Part shown: piece by piece, positions 6,013 through 14,618 of the stretch
Position numbering within the stretch: position 1 is the first letter of the stretch
Layout of the letters: every line of letters begins with the position of its first letter
DNA from: a bacterium
GTDB lineage: Bacteria > Methylomirabilota > Methylomirabilia > CAVQYV01
NCBI GenBank assembly: GCA_043800755.1
Contig: JAZDMQ010000046.1
Coordinates: 1 to 15,785 of the forward strand
Reading direction: 5' to 3'
Length of the DNA: 15,785 nt
The notes under the pieces: generated by a model
Told to the model about the DNA's origin: nothing
Database searches by the model: none
The model's input: only the letters and a program-made list of their open reading frames with translations
Program-made: the position numbers and the translations under genes

Positions 6013-8298
6013 TCACCTCCTTGCTTCGCTACACAGCTCCCGCACCCGATCGGCCAATCGGGAGAAGCGTCTCTGGACTTTGTCATTGCGGATGGCCATC
6101 CCCAAGGCCTTCTTGGTGCCGATGATGACTACCAGCTTCTTGGCCCGGGTGATCGCGGTGTAGAGCAGATTGCGCTGCAAGAGCACATAGTGCTGCATCA
6201 GCAGCGGCATGATGATGGCCGGATATTCACTCCCCTGGGATTTGTGCACCGAGATGGCGTAGGCCAGGGTGAGCTCATCCATCTCATTGAAATCATAGGC
6301 CACACCCCGCTCGTCGAAGCGAACCAGCACCTGGCCATCCTCCTTGTCGATTTTCTCGATCCACCCGATATCCCCGTTGAAGACCTCTTTGGTGTAGTTG
6401 TTGCGAAGCTGCATCACCTTGTCTTTCACGCGGAAGACGCGGCTTCCAGAGGCCAACTCGGCCCCATTGGGGTTGAGGACCCCCTGCAAGGTGGCGTTGA
6501 GGTTGGCGGCGCCGATCAGGCCCTTATACATGGGACACAGGACCTGAATCTCGTCCCGGGGATGGAGGCCGAAGCGCTCGGGGATGCGCTTGGCGCAGAG
6601 CTCCTGGATCAGCTCCAGGATCTCCTGGGGGTCTTCCTTCTCGATGAAGTAGAAGTCCGCTGCCTCGGTCTTGTTCTGGGGAAGGTAGGGAAAGCTCCCC
6701 TGCTGGATGCGATGGGCATTGAGGGTGATGAGGCTCTGCCTTTCCTGGCGAAAGATCTCATTCAGCTCCACCACGGCCACGGCCTGGGATTGGATGATGT
6801 CGGAGAGGACATTTCCCGCCCCCACCGAGGGGAGCTGATGGATATCGCCCACGAAGACGAGGGAGGCGCGGGGAGGCACGGCCTTGAGCAGGTGGTTCAT
6901 GAGGATGAGGTCCACCATGGAGGTCTCATCGATGACCACCAGGTCTGTGCGGAGCGGGTTCTCCTGGTCGCGGACGAAATTCCCCTTGGCCGGGGAGAAT
7001 TCGAGGAGGCGGTGGATGGTCTTGGCCTCCCGGGAGGTCGCTTCGGAGAGGCGCTTGGCGGCCCTTCCTGTGGGAGCGGCCAGGCTGGCCTCGATCCCTA
7101 AGGCGTCACAGGCGGAAACGATCCCCCTGACGATGGTCGTCTTGCCGGTCCCCGGGCCGCCGGTGATGACCAGGATCCGCTCCTGGAGGGCCATCTTGAT
7201 CGCCTCCTTTTGCCTCTCCGCAAAGGCGATGCCCATCTTCCCTTCCAGGCGGCTCAAGAAATCCGGGGAGACGACCTCCCCCGCCTTTCTCCTCTTCCCC
7301 CGGAGCAGCGCAGAGAGCCTTTTCGCCACCCCCTCTTCGGCCTGGAAGAAGGCGGGCAGGTAGATCTCCTCCCCCTCGGCTCCCTCGCGTACTACCACCT
7401 TCTTCTCTTCCTTCAAGGCCGAGAGGGCAGGCTCTAAGAGCTCCCGGGGGATCTCCAATTCCTTCTCCGCCCGCTTCAGCAGCTCCTCTTTAGGGGAAAA
7501 GACATGGCCCTCATCCGCCAGCTCTCTCAGGGTGTAGAGAAGCCCGGCCTGGGCCCGGATCGGGGAGGTGGGATCAATGCCGATTTGTTGCGCGATCTTG
7601 TCCGCAGTCTTGAAGCCGATCCCCGAGATGTCCTCGGCCAGGCGGTAGGGGTCCTTCTGCAAGACGCTGACGGAATCCTGGCCATAATATTTGTAGATCT
7701 TGGCGCTGTAGGCTGGACTGACCCCCTGGCCTTGAAGGAAGAGCATCACCTGCCGGATCTCCTTCTGGGCCTGCCAGGCGGAAAGGATCCACTCCAGGCG
7801 GGTCTTCCCGATCCCGTCCACCTTCAGGAGCTGATCCGGCTCCGAATCGATCACCTCCAAGGTCTTGAGGCCAAAGGCACGCACGATGCGGGAGGCCATG
7901 ACCGGGCCGACCCCCTTGACCAGGCCCGAGCCCAGGTATTTCTCGATGCCGTTCAGGGTGGCGGGGATGACGGATTGATAGGCCTCGACCTTGAATTGCT
8001 CGCCGAATTGGGGATGGAAGGTCCATTGTCCGGAGAGCCTCAAGGTCTCTCCGGAAATGACCGAGGGGAGATTGCCCACCACGGTGGCCCAATCACTTCG
8101 CCCCAGGACCTGCAGGCGGATCACGGCGTAGCCGGTCTCCCCGTTGTAAAAGACGATCCGCTCCACCACCCCCTCGAGATAGGAGGTGTCGGAGGGCCGC
8201 TTCTCCTCCGCCTTCTTAGACCGCTGGCTGCGGCTGCCCTTCCTTTTTGGGGGTGGACTGGTCACCCCTTGCTGGATAGCTTCTGGTAGGTCGTTCAT
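6013..8298 (-). CDS. recD2: ATP-dependent RecD-like (RecD2, SF1B) DNA helicase
   Basis: 761 aa. N-terminal VERIVFYN...HPQFGEQF and HhH region (GLVKGVGP, GIGFKTAD), Walker A GGPGTGKTT, APTGRAAKR, DETSMVD, VGDIHQLPSVG, KVMQLRNNY, HKSQGSEY, LYTAITRAK. SD GGAGG. Confidence 0.96.
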   Translation of the reverse strand: MNDLPEAIQQGVTSPPPKRKGSRSQRSKKAEEKRPSDTSYLEGVVERIVFYNGETGYAVIRLQVLGRSDWATVVGNLPSVISGETLRLSGQWTFHPQFGEQFKVEAYQSVIPATLNGIEKYLGSGLVKGVGPVMASRIVRAFGLKTLEVIDSEPDQLLKVDGIGKTRLEWILSAWQAQKEIRQVMLFLQGQGVSPAYSAKIYKYYGQDSVSVLQKDPYRLAEDISGIGFKTADKIAQQIGIDPTSPIRAQAGLLYTLRELADEGHVFSPKEELLKRAEKELEIPRELLEPALSALKEEKKVVVREGAEGEEIYLPAFFQAEEGVAKRLSALLRGKRRKAGEVVSPDFLSRLEGKMGIAFAERQKEAIKMALQERILVITGGPGTGKTTIVRGIVSACDALGIEASLAAPTGRAAKRLSEATSREAKTIHRLLEFSPAKGNFVRDQENPLRTDLVVIDETSMVDLILMNHLLKAVPPRASLVFVGDIHQLPSVGAGNVLSDIIQSQAVAVVELNEIFRQERQSLITLNAHRIQQGSFPYLPQNKTEAADFYFIEKEDPQEILELIQELCAKRIPERFGLHPRDEIQVLCPMYKGLIGAANLNATLQGVLNPNGAELASGSRVFRVKDKVMQLRNNYTKEVFNGDIGWIEKIDKEDGQVLVRFDERGVAYDFNEMDELTLAYAISVHKSQGSEYPAIIMPLLMQHYVLLQRNLLYTAITRAKKLVVIIGTKKALGMAIRNDKVQRRFSRLADRVRELCSEARR

Positions 8299-8325
8299 TC
8301 GCCGCCTCCCGAGCTTGCAGGAAAC

Positions 8326-8363
8326 AAGGTAACAGAATCAAAAAGGGCGGGCAAGGGTTTTTT
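8326..8363 (-). promoter_or_regulatory. Candidate sigma70 promoter for recD2 and its downstream cargo
   Basis: -35 TTGCCC (8354-8349), 17-bp spacer, extended -10 TGt-TACCTT (8334-8326), and an upstream A6 tract, all in the intergenic gap. Confidence 0.6.
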
Positions 8364-8409
8364 CCAGGCGGAATGAGATAGGCGGGCCGGCCCTCGAGCC
8401 TTTGGGCTA

Positions 8410-9492
8410 CTACGGCTGCCGGATCTGGAAGGGAACGGGGATGAAGCAGAGGACGAAGATCAGGAAGGCGAGGAGACCTAGGGCCTTCCTCCTGCGATCG
8501 AGCGGGGTCTGATCGTCCATGGGCGCAGGGTGCCGCATCCCCATGAGCAGGCTCAAAAAGGCCCAGAAGAGCCATCCCTGCCAGAGGAACCCCAGGAGGA
8601 GTAGGGCAAGGAAGATCGCCCTGGCCAGCCAGTGCTGTCTTTTACCCAGGAGGGCGTAAGCCACATGGCCGCCATCCAGTTGCCCCAGGGGGAGCAAGTT
8701 GAGGGCGGTCACCAGGATTCCGATCCATCCGGCAAAGGCGATCGGGTGCAAGATTAAATCATAATTGGCCGGTACGGACCCGACGATCAGGGCACTGAGC
8801 AGGTTGAAAAGGAGGGAAGAGCCCAGGTTGAGGCCCTCCACCTTGGCGGAAGGGGCCAGGTGGGAGAGCTTGAGTCCGATCATCAAGGCGGGGAGGGCGA
8901 CGACGAATCCGGCCAGCGGGCCGGCAATTCCAATATCCAGAAGGGTGCGCTTGTCCGGGATCGGGGATTTCATCTTGATAAAGGCGCCGAAGGTGCCGAG
9001 GATCGAAGGGGCAGGGATGAAATAGGGCAAGGTGACCCGGATGTGATGTCGGCGAGAGACGAAGTAATGGCCAAGCTCGTGGATGCCCAGGATCGCCATC
9101 AGGGTAAAGGAAAAGGGGATCCCCCGGCTCAGATCGTAGAGATGCTGAAAGGGGTTTCCCCCTTCCTGGAGGGCCCCGGCATAGAGGGTGCTGAGGGCGG
9201 TCAGCAAGAAAAGGAGGAGGTTGAGGAGCCCGGAGGGCCTGGCCTTGGCCCGGCTCTCCTCCCAGAGGCGCAGGATGATTCGATCCCCGCTCCGTGCCAG
9301 ATGATAGGGGTAGCCGAAAGGGGCCAGCCTCTCCCGCAGGGAGAGGGCCGGCTGAGGCAGAAAGGGAAGGAACCGGCCCATCATCTGAAGGGAGTCCCCT
9401 CTCGAGACGGTCGTCTCTTCAATCTCCATGACCTGGGAGACGGCCCCGTAAATCGCCAGGGTGTCGTCTTTCAGTCCTCGCTTCTGGTTCAT
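8410..9492 (-). CDS. Site-2 protease (peptidase M50) family membrane metalloprotease
   Basis: HELGH zinc motif, GTFGAFIKM, IAGPLAG, NLLPLGQLDGGH, several hydrophobic segments. ATGA overlap with the alr stop. Confidence 0.94.
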   Translation of the reverse strand: MNQKRGLKDDTLAIYGAVSQVMEIEETTVSRGDSLQMMGRFLPFLPQPALSLRERLAPFGYPYHLARSGDRIILRLWEESRAKARPSGLLNLLLFLLTALSTLYAGALQEGGNPFQHLYDLSRGIPFSFTLMAILGIHELGHYFVSRRHHIRVTLPYFIPAPSILGTFGAFIKMKSPIPDKRTLLDIGIAGPLAGFVVALPALMIGLKLSHLAPSAKVEGLNLGSSLLFNLLSALIVGSVPANYDLILHPIAFAGWIGILVTALNLLPLGQLDGGHVAYALLGKRQHWLARAIFLALLLLGFLWQGWLFWAFLSLLMGMRHPAPMDDQTPLDRRRKALGLLAFLIFVLCFIPVPFQIRQP

Positions 9493-10622
9493 CCTGGGTT
9501 TGGGAGATAGATTCGCTCCACCCGGCTCCCAATGCGGGTGAGCACCTCGTAGGAGATGGTATCCAACCAGTTCGCGATCTGTTCTGCTGAGATCTCTTGC
9601 TCCCCCTGTCGACCCAGGAGAATCACCTCATCCCCCTCTTGGGCCTCAGGGATATCCGTCACCTCCACTGCGGTCATGTCCATGCAGATGACCCCGACGA
9701 CCCGCGCGAGCTGTCCATGGATCAGCACTTGGGCCCGGTTGGAGAGGCGGCGATCATAGCCATCCGCATAACCCACCGGGAGGATGGCCACTCGGGTCTC
9801 CCGGGAGGCGATGAAGGAGCGTCCGTAGCTGACGCTCTCCCCGGGCCTCAAGGACTTCAGGTGGCCGATCTCGGTGCGAAGGGTGAGGGCGGGGCGCAGA
9901 GGGAGGGCAGAGGAGACCTCGGTAGAGGGGAAGTATCCATAGAGCATGATCCCGGGCCGAACCATGTCGAGATGGGACGCGGGCAAATCGATGAGGGCGG
10001 CACTGTTGGCCGCATGATGGAGCGGGAATTGGAATCCTCCCTCCTCTAACGTCCTGGCGATCTTTTGAAAGGTATCTAACTGTCTCAGGGTATAGGCCTT
10101 GTCCTTTTGGTGCGCCACGGCGAAGTGCGTCATCAGCCCTTCCAACCGCAGTCCCGGCATTCCCCTCAGCTGCTGGCAAAAGGCGAGGGCCTCCTCTGGT
10201 CGGATGCCCAGCCGGCCCATCCCGCTGTCCACCTTTAGATGAATGCCGGCCTTCCGACCCTGGCGCTGGGCCTCGGCGGATAGGGCCTGGGCAAGGGTAG
10301 TCGAGGTGATCACCGAAGAGAGCTCATGGGCCAGCACCAGGGGGGCTTCGCGAGGGGGCGTGGGGCCCAGGACCAGAATAGGAGCACCGATGCACGCCTC
10401 CCGCAGCCTGATGCCCTCCCAGGCAGAATCCACCCCTAACCACTCTGCCCCGGCCGCCAGGACGGCCCGAGAGACCTCTAACATCCCGTGACCATAGCCA
10501 TCGGCCTTGACCGCCGCGAGGATCTTCACCCCGGGACCCACCCGCTCCTGCACCAACCCGAGGTTGTGGGCGATGGCAGAAAGATCAACGATGGCCCGGG
10601 TTGCTCGATGGATCCTCATCAT
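9489..10622 (-). CDS. alr: Alanine racemase
   Basis: AVKADGYGHG (PLP lysine), HLKVDSGMGRLG, MTHFA, HAANSA, VRPG, SYG, GYADG, ICMD, ISYE. The start is probably ATG 10622 (TGATG overlap with the upstream gene); the ORF track starts at 10628. Confidence 0.96.
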   Translation of the reverse strand: MMRIHRATRAIVDLSAIAHNLGLVQERVGPGVKILAAVKADGYGHGMLEVSRAVLAAGAEWLGVDSAWEGIRLREACIGAPILVLGPTPPREAPLVLAHELSSVITSTTLAQALSAEAQRQGRKAGIHLKVDSGMGRLGIRPEEALAFCQQLRGMPGLRLEGLMTHFAVAHQKDKAYTLRQLDTFQKIARTLEEGGFQFPLHHAANSAALIDLPASHLDMVRPGIMLYGYFPSTEVSSALPLRPALTLRTEIGHLKSLRPGESVSYGRSFIASRETRVAILPVGYADGYDRRLSNRAQVLIHGQLARVVGVICMDMTAVEVTDIPEAQEGDEVILLGRQGEQEISAEQIANWLDTISYEVLTRIGSRVERIYLPNPG

Positions 10623-11536
10623 CAGCACTTCACCTGGATCGCGTGAGGGTAAAGCTGAAATTCAGCCGGGGCCTTGCCCAACAGTTCCCCATCGGCCTCC
10701 AAGAGAAAATCCTCCTCCGACTGAAGGCGGACCTTCTTTCCTCTCAGGACCTCCACCTCGGGCAGCTCGATGTGGGAGCCGGTGTAGATCCGATACAAAT
10801 TGCGCAGGATCTTGAAGGCGGAGAGGTCCTTGATCAGCACGATATCGAAGAGGCCATCATCGGGCTCGGCCAGGGGGGCGATCCGCATTCCTCCCCCGAA
10901 GAACCTCCCGTTGGCGATCACCACGATGACCGCCATGAGCGTTCGTTCAATCTGGTCATCGATCGTCACCTGAATCGGCAGCTTCCGATATCGGGCCAGG
11001 GACCGGATGGCCCCGGCCAGGAAGGTGGTGGATCCTCCCCGCTTGGGGCGAGAATCAACCCACTCCACGGTCTTGGCCCCCAGGCCCCCATCGGCAACAT
11101 TGCCGAAGATGCGCTGTGCGGGCCTTCCCTGGAGATCCTGATAGGACATGATCCCCAGATCCACTGGATGCGGAACTCCAGCAAAAAGCCGCCGGGCCGC
11201 CGCCTCCAGGGAGCGAGGGATTTTCATGGTCTTGGCGAAGTCGGTCCCGGTCCCGCTGGGCAGCAGGCCCAGGAGGGCCTGCTCCTGGATGGGCTTTCCC
11301 TGGCGAAAAAGGCCATTGATGACCTCGTGGAAGGTGCCGTCCCCTCCCACCGGGACCACCATCTGGTATCCCCTCTCCAAGGCCGCGGTCGCCAGGGAGC
11401 TGGCGTGGTAAGGCCCCTCAGTGAAGGTCCAGTCATATTCCCAGCCCCATCCCCGCACCTGCCTTTCCACCTTGTGCCAGAGGGGTCGGGTCGCCCCACA
11501 GCGAGAGAAGGGGTTGACGATGAAGAAGGTTTTCAC
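10622..11536 (-). CDS. Diacylglycerol kinase family (YegS/Rv2252/BmrU-like) lipid kinase
   Basis: IVNP, VGGDGTFHEVING, PSGTGTDFA, NGRFFGGG, DDGLFD, ADGE. GTG start with a purine-rich SD. Confidence 0.93.
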   Translation of the reverse strand: MKTFFIVNPFSRCGATRPLWHKVERQVRGWGWEYDWTFTEGPYHASSLATAALERGYQMVVPVGGDGTFHEVINGLFRQGKPIQEQALLGLLPSGTGTDFAKTMKIPRSLEAAARRLFAGVPHPVDLGIMSYQDLQGRPAQRIFGNVADGGLGAKTVEWVDSRPKRGGSTTFLAGAIRSLARYRKLPIQVTIDDQIERTLMAVIVVIANGRFFGGGMRIAPLAEPDDGLFDIVLIKDLSAFKILRNLYRIYTGSHIELPEVEVLRGKKVRLQSEEDFLLEADGELLGKAPAEFQLYPHAIQVKC

Positions 11537-11632
11537 TACGCCCCTTTCCTTTCCTCTTCCAGTTTACCCCGGGAGCCCTCCCCTTGACCAGAGTGGCCCC
11601 AATGGGATGGTACCTGCCCTGATCCTGTCACC

Positions 11633-12352
11633 TCAGGAGAGGAGGATGCGCTTATAGGCCTCGGCCATGGGCAATCCCGCCTTTTCCCCGGAGGACTCGG
11701 CCCATTTTCTCACCCTCTCTCTCCAGTCCGGGATGCGGCCCACCTGACTCTTGTGTCGGGCCAGGGCCCGTAATTTCAGCTCCATGGTGTCCCGGATATC
11801 CACGAAAAAATCGGGATGGTCAGTGGAGAAGAGGAGGATCTGAGAGGTGACATGGGCCCGGAGCCCAATGGCCATGAGTTCGGGGAAAAATAGGTGGTCC
11901 CGGGCGGCCACGATGGCGTCGATGACCGTGAGGCCAGTAGCCCGATGATCGGGATGGACCTGATAGAGCCGCCATGGGTCATGGGTGATGACGACCTGGG
12001 GCTGGAAGTGGCGGATGAGCATGGCCATCTCCGCGCGGGCCGCCAGATTGGCCTCCAATTCCCCATCGTTGTGCCGCAGGAAGGTGACCTCCTTCACCCC
12101 CAAGAGCCTCGCCGCGGACCTCTGTTCCCGCTCGCGGATCTCCGCCAGGCGATGAGGGGTCATCCTCCGGTCTTTGGAGCCCTTATTGCCACTGGTGCAG
12201 ACCAGGTATCGGATCTCCGACCCTTCTGCGGCCCACTTGGCCACCGTTCCCCCGCAGGCGAACTCTGCATCGTCCGGGTGGGCCACAATGGCCATCACCT
12301 TGGTCGGAGGCCGCTCCTCTCCCCTTTTCCTTCTCTTATCCGCTTTCTGCAT
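11633..12352 (-). CDS. PIG-L/LmbE family N-acetylglucosaminyl deacetylase
   Basis: AHPDDAE, REREQ, HPDH, KLRALARHKSQ. Start moved to ATG 12352 (MQKADK) because the longer ORF overlaps the upstream gene. Confidence 0.9.
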   Translation of the reverse strand: MQKADKRRKRGEERPPTKVMAIVAHPDDAEFACGGTVAKWAAEGSEIRYLVCTSGNKGSKDRRMTPHRLAEIREREQRSAARLLGVKEVTFLRHNDGELEANLAARAEMAMLIRHFQPQVVITHDPWRLYQVHPDHRATGLTVIDAIVAARDHLFFPELMAIGLRAHVTSQILLFSTDHPDFFVDIRDTMELKLRALARHKSQVGRIPDWRERVRKWAESSGEKAGLPMAEAYKRILLS

Positions 12353-13586
12353 CTGCCCCCTTTCCCCCTGTGGCAGGCATCGCCAGGGCCCTTTCATAGA
12401 TGGAGAGCATGCGACCAGAGATATTCGACCAGGAGAAGGTCTCGGCCCACCTCCTGCCTTCCTGACCCAGGGAATTCGCCAGGCCCTCATCGGATAAGAT
12501 CCGCTGGATGGCGGAGGCCAGGGCCTCCACATCATTCCCCGGCACCAGCAGGGCCGTCCGATCCTCGGAGACTGCGTAGGGCAGCCCACCCACGGAAGTA
12601 GCGATCACCGGACGTCCACAGGCAGCGGCCTCCAGGGCCACGATCCCGAAGGATTCATATCGGGAAGGCATCACCAGGGCGTCGCAGGCCGCATAATAGA
12701 GAGGCATCTCCCGGTGCGGCTGGGCCCCGAGGAAAAGGACGAAGGGATCAAGCCCCAATTGGGTCGCCTGAGCCCTCCAACGGTCGCCACTCCCTTCGCC
12801 CCCGATCAGGATCAGCTTCGGGAAGAATCCCGAGGGCAAGTCGGCGGCAGAGCGCAGTCTGGCCATCGCCTGCCAGAGGAGGTCGATCCCTTTGACCGCC
12901 TCCATCCTCCCCACAAAGAGGAGGATCTTCCCGGGCGGCAGGCCCAGTCTGGCCCGTGCCTCTCGCTGGTCCGAGGGCCGAAAGAGGGTGGTATCCACGC
13001 CGCAGGGGAGAACCGCCACCTTTTCCTCTGCCACGCGGTAGAGCCCCCGAATCGAATCCCGCTCGTGAGGATTGGAGGCGATGATCAGATCTGCCCCGTT
13101 GGATACCTCCTCCTCGATCTGACGACGGAAGAGGGGCTCCCGATCTTCCCCCTCCCTGGCTACGGCATCCTTCAGGGGGCCGATGGTATGGAACATGAAG
13201 AGAAGCGGAATTCGCCAGGATTGCTTCAGCCTCAGGCCGGCCCAGCCCGAGAGATAATAGTGGGCGTGCAGCAGGTCGTAGGCCCTTCCTTCCCTCTCCT
13301 GAAAGGCAGCTGCGCCCGCCCGAAACTCAGGAAGGTATGAGATCAGGGCAGGGGGAGGCAAGGGGACCGCCGGGCCAGCCGCCAGAGAGATGACCCTCAT
13401 CCCTGGTCCATTCTGGACGGCCGTGGCGGTGTCTGGGTCCTGAATCCGGGTGAAGCAATCGACCTCGATCCCCCGACCCGCAAATTCCCGCCCCATGGCC
13501 AAGACATAGGCATTCATGCCCCCGGCCTTTCCCTTCCCCAGTGGCGCCAGGGGAGAGGTGTGGAAGCTGATCATGGCCAGGCGCAT
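12336..13586 (-). CDS. mshA: GT4 glycosyltransferase, MshA (D-inositol-3-phosphate GlcNAc transferase)-like
   Basis: MshA-like N-terminus SFHTSPLAPLGKGKAGGMNAYV, HAHYYLSG, FHT, PCGVD, FVGR..AVKG, PSRYESFGIVALEAAACG. ATG at 13586. The family call is firm; the exact substrate is not. Confidence 0.8.
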   Translation of the reverse strand: MRLAMISFHTSPLAPLGKGKAGGMNAYVLAMGREFAGRGIEVDCFTRIQDPDTATAVQNGPGMRVISLAAGPAVPLPPPALISYLPEFRAGAAAFQEREGRAYDLLHAHYYLSGWAGLRLKQSWRIPLLFMFHTIGPLKDAVAREGEDREPLFRRQIEEEVSNGADLIIASNPHERDSIRGLYRVAEEKVAVLPCGVDTTLFRPSDQREARARLGLPPGKILLFVGRMEAVKGIDLLWQAMARLRSAADLPSGFFPKLILIGGEGSGDRWRAQATQLGLDPFVLFLGAQPHREMPLYYAACDALVMPSRYESFGIVALEAAACGRPVIATSVGGLPYAVSEDRTALLVPGNDVEALASAIQRILSDEGLANSLGQEGRRWAETFSWSNISGRMLSIYERALAMPATGGKGADAESG

Positions 13587-13594
13587 TTTTTTCT

Positions 13595-14605
13595 TCAAGG
13601 CTTTTCCACTAAGACTCGATAGATCGCCGAATCCTTTCCCCCTAGGCGGTACTTGTAGTTCTCCTCGCCCCGCATGAAATCGAACCACCTCTTGCCCCGG
13701 GCGATGGCATCCTGCAGGCAATATCCGATTAAGACGACGCCCGGGCTAAGGGAGGAGAACTCCGGATCGAACCCGGAGTTGTAAAGGTAAAGGGTCTCGC
13801 CGAAGTCAAAACAGAGCATCGCTGCCACTGCCTGTCGGTCCCGTTCCAGGACAGAGAGCCGGAGCCATCCCTTTTGGGCAAAGGTGTGGGAGAGCTCACG
13901 AAAGAAGGCCTCCCTCTGCCCATTCATGAAGTCCTCCTTTTCGGGCCTGCTTTTCCGATGGAGCAGGATGAAGGACTTGATGTCCTGCCGGGCACATTCA
14001 TCTTCGGCGCATTGGCGAAAGCGAAGGGGAGGGGATATTGACTCTGCCCGGCGCATCTTCCTCCGCAGTTCGTGGCGCTCTTTGCCGCTCAAGGCAGAGA
14101 GGTAGGCCTCCCAGCTCTCCGGAAGCCTCAATACCGGGCAAACCTCTTCCACCTCTAGCCGGACCTGATAACCTCGGCCCCGGGCCAGGGGAGGAAGCAC
14201 CTGCAAGGTGGGGGAATGGGCCGGGATACAATGAAGATCAAGCCCTCTCGGCCTTTGGGGAGATCCCTCCAGGTATTCCAAGACTTGCTGCCAGACCTGG
14301 CTTTCTCTGCCCTGGAGGGCAAGGATGTCCAGGTAATCGGACAGATCCTCCCCGCCGATGAACTTCAGGAAGCCGCTCTTTGAGTCTTGATAGAAGGGGG
14401 CAATCCCAATGATCTTTCCTTGTGGATCACAGACCTCAAAGGCCGACCATTCCTCCTTCTGGCCAAAATGCCCCCACCAGAGGCTCTGCCACTCCCAGGT
14501 CGCGAAGGGGGTGGCCGGGGAGATCTGGGAGGCGAGGCGGCCCCACTCTTCCGCCTTGAAAAAGGCGATAGATGGAGAAGGTGCAGGGATCAGTTCCAGA
14601 GACAA
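13595..14605 (-). CDS. GNAT family acyltransferase (CelD/BcsL, Acetyltransf_6-like)
   Basis: PFATWEWQSLWW, DLSDYLD, WEAYLSALSGKERHELRRKMRR, LYNSGFDP...SPG, FDFMRGEENYKYRLG. The likely start is TTG 14605, 6 nt after SD GGAGG. Confidence 0.88.
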   Translation of the reverse strand: MSLELIPAPSPSIAFFKAEEWGRLASQISPATPFATWEWQSLWWGHFGQKEEWSAFEVCDPQGKIIGIAPFYQDSKSGFLKFIGGEDLSDYLDILALQGRESQVWQQVLEYLEGSPQRPRGLDLHCIPAHSPTLQVLPPLARGRGYQVRLEVEEVCPVLRLPESWEAYLSALSGKERHELRRKMRRAESISPPLRFRQCAEDECARQDIKSFILLHRKSRPEKEDFMNGQREAFFRELSHTFAQKGWLRLSVLERDRQAVAAMLCFDFGETLYLYNSGFDPEFSSLSPGVVLIGYCLQDAIARGKRWFDFMRGEENYKYRLGGKDSAIYRVLVEKP

Positions 14606-14618
14606 GGCGGTCCTCCCC

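Larger units (their letters stand above)
5539..6115 (-). mobile_element. Putative 577-bp inserted cassette (replacement recD2 3' end + hicB-hicA); no recombinase in the window
   Basis: The unit is bounded by the diverged direct repeats of the recD2 3' end and its cargo is a type II TA pair. Mobility is inferred, not shown. Confidence 0.55.

Noticed and set aside
6009..6086. Longer 99-aa HicB start at 6086
   Set aside because: It overlaps recD2; the strong SD points to ATG 6008.
11537..11632. Possible ncRNA, riboswitch or terminator in the 96-bp gap
   Set aside because: No convincing stem-loop with a U tract and no recognisable RNA motif by eye.
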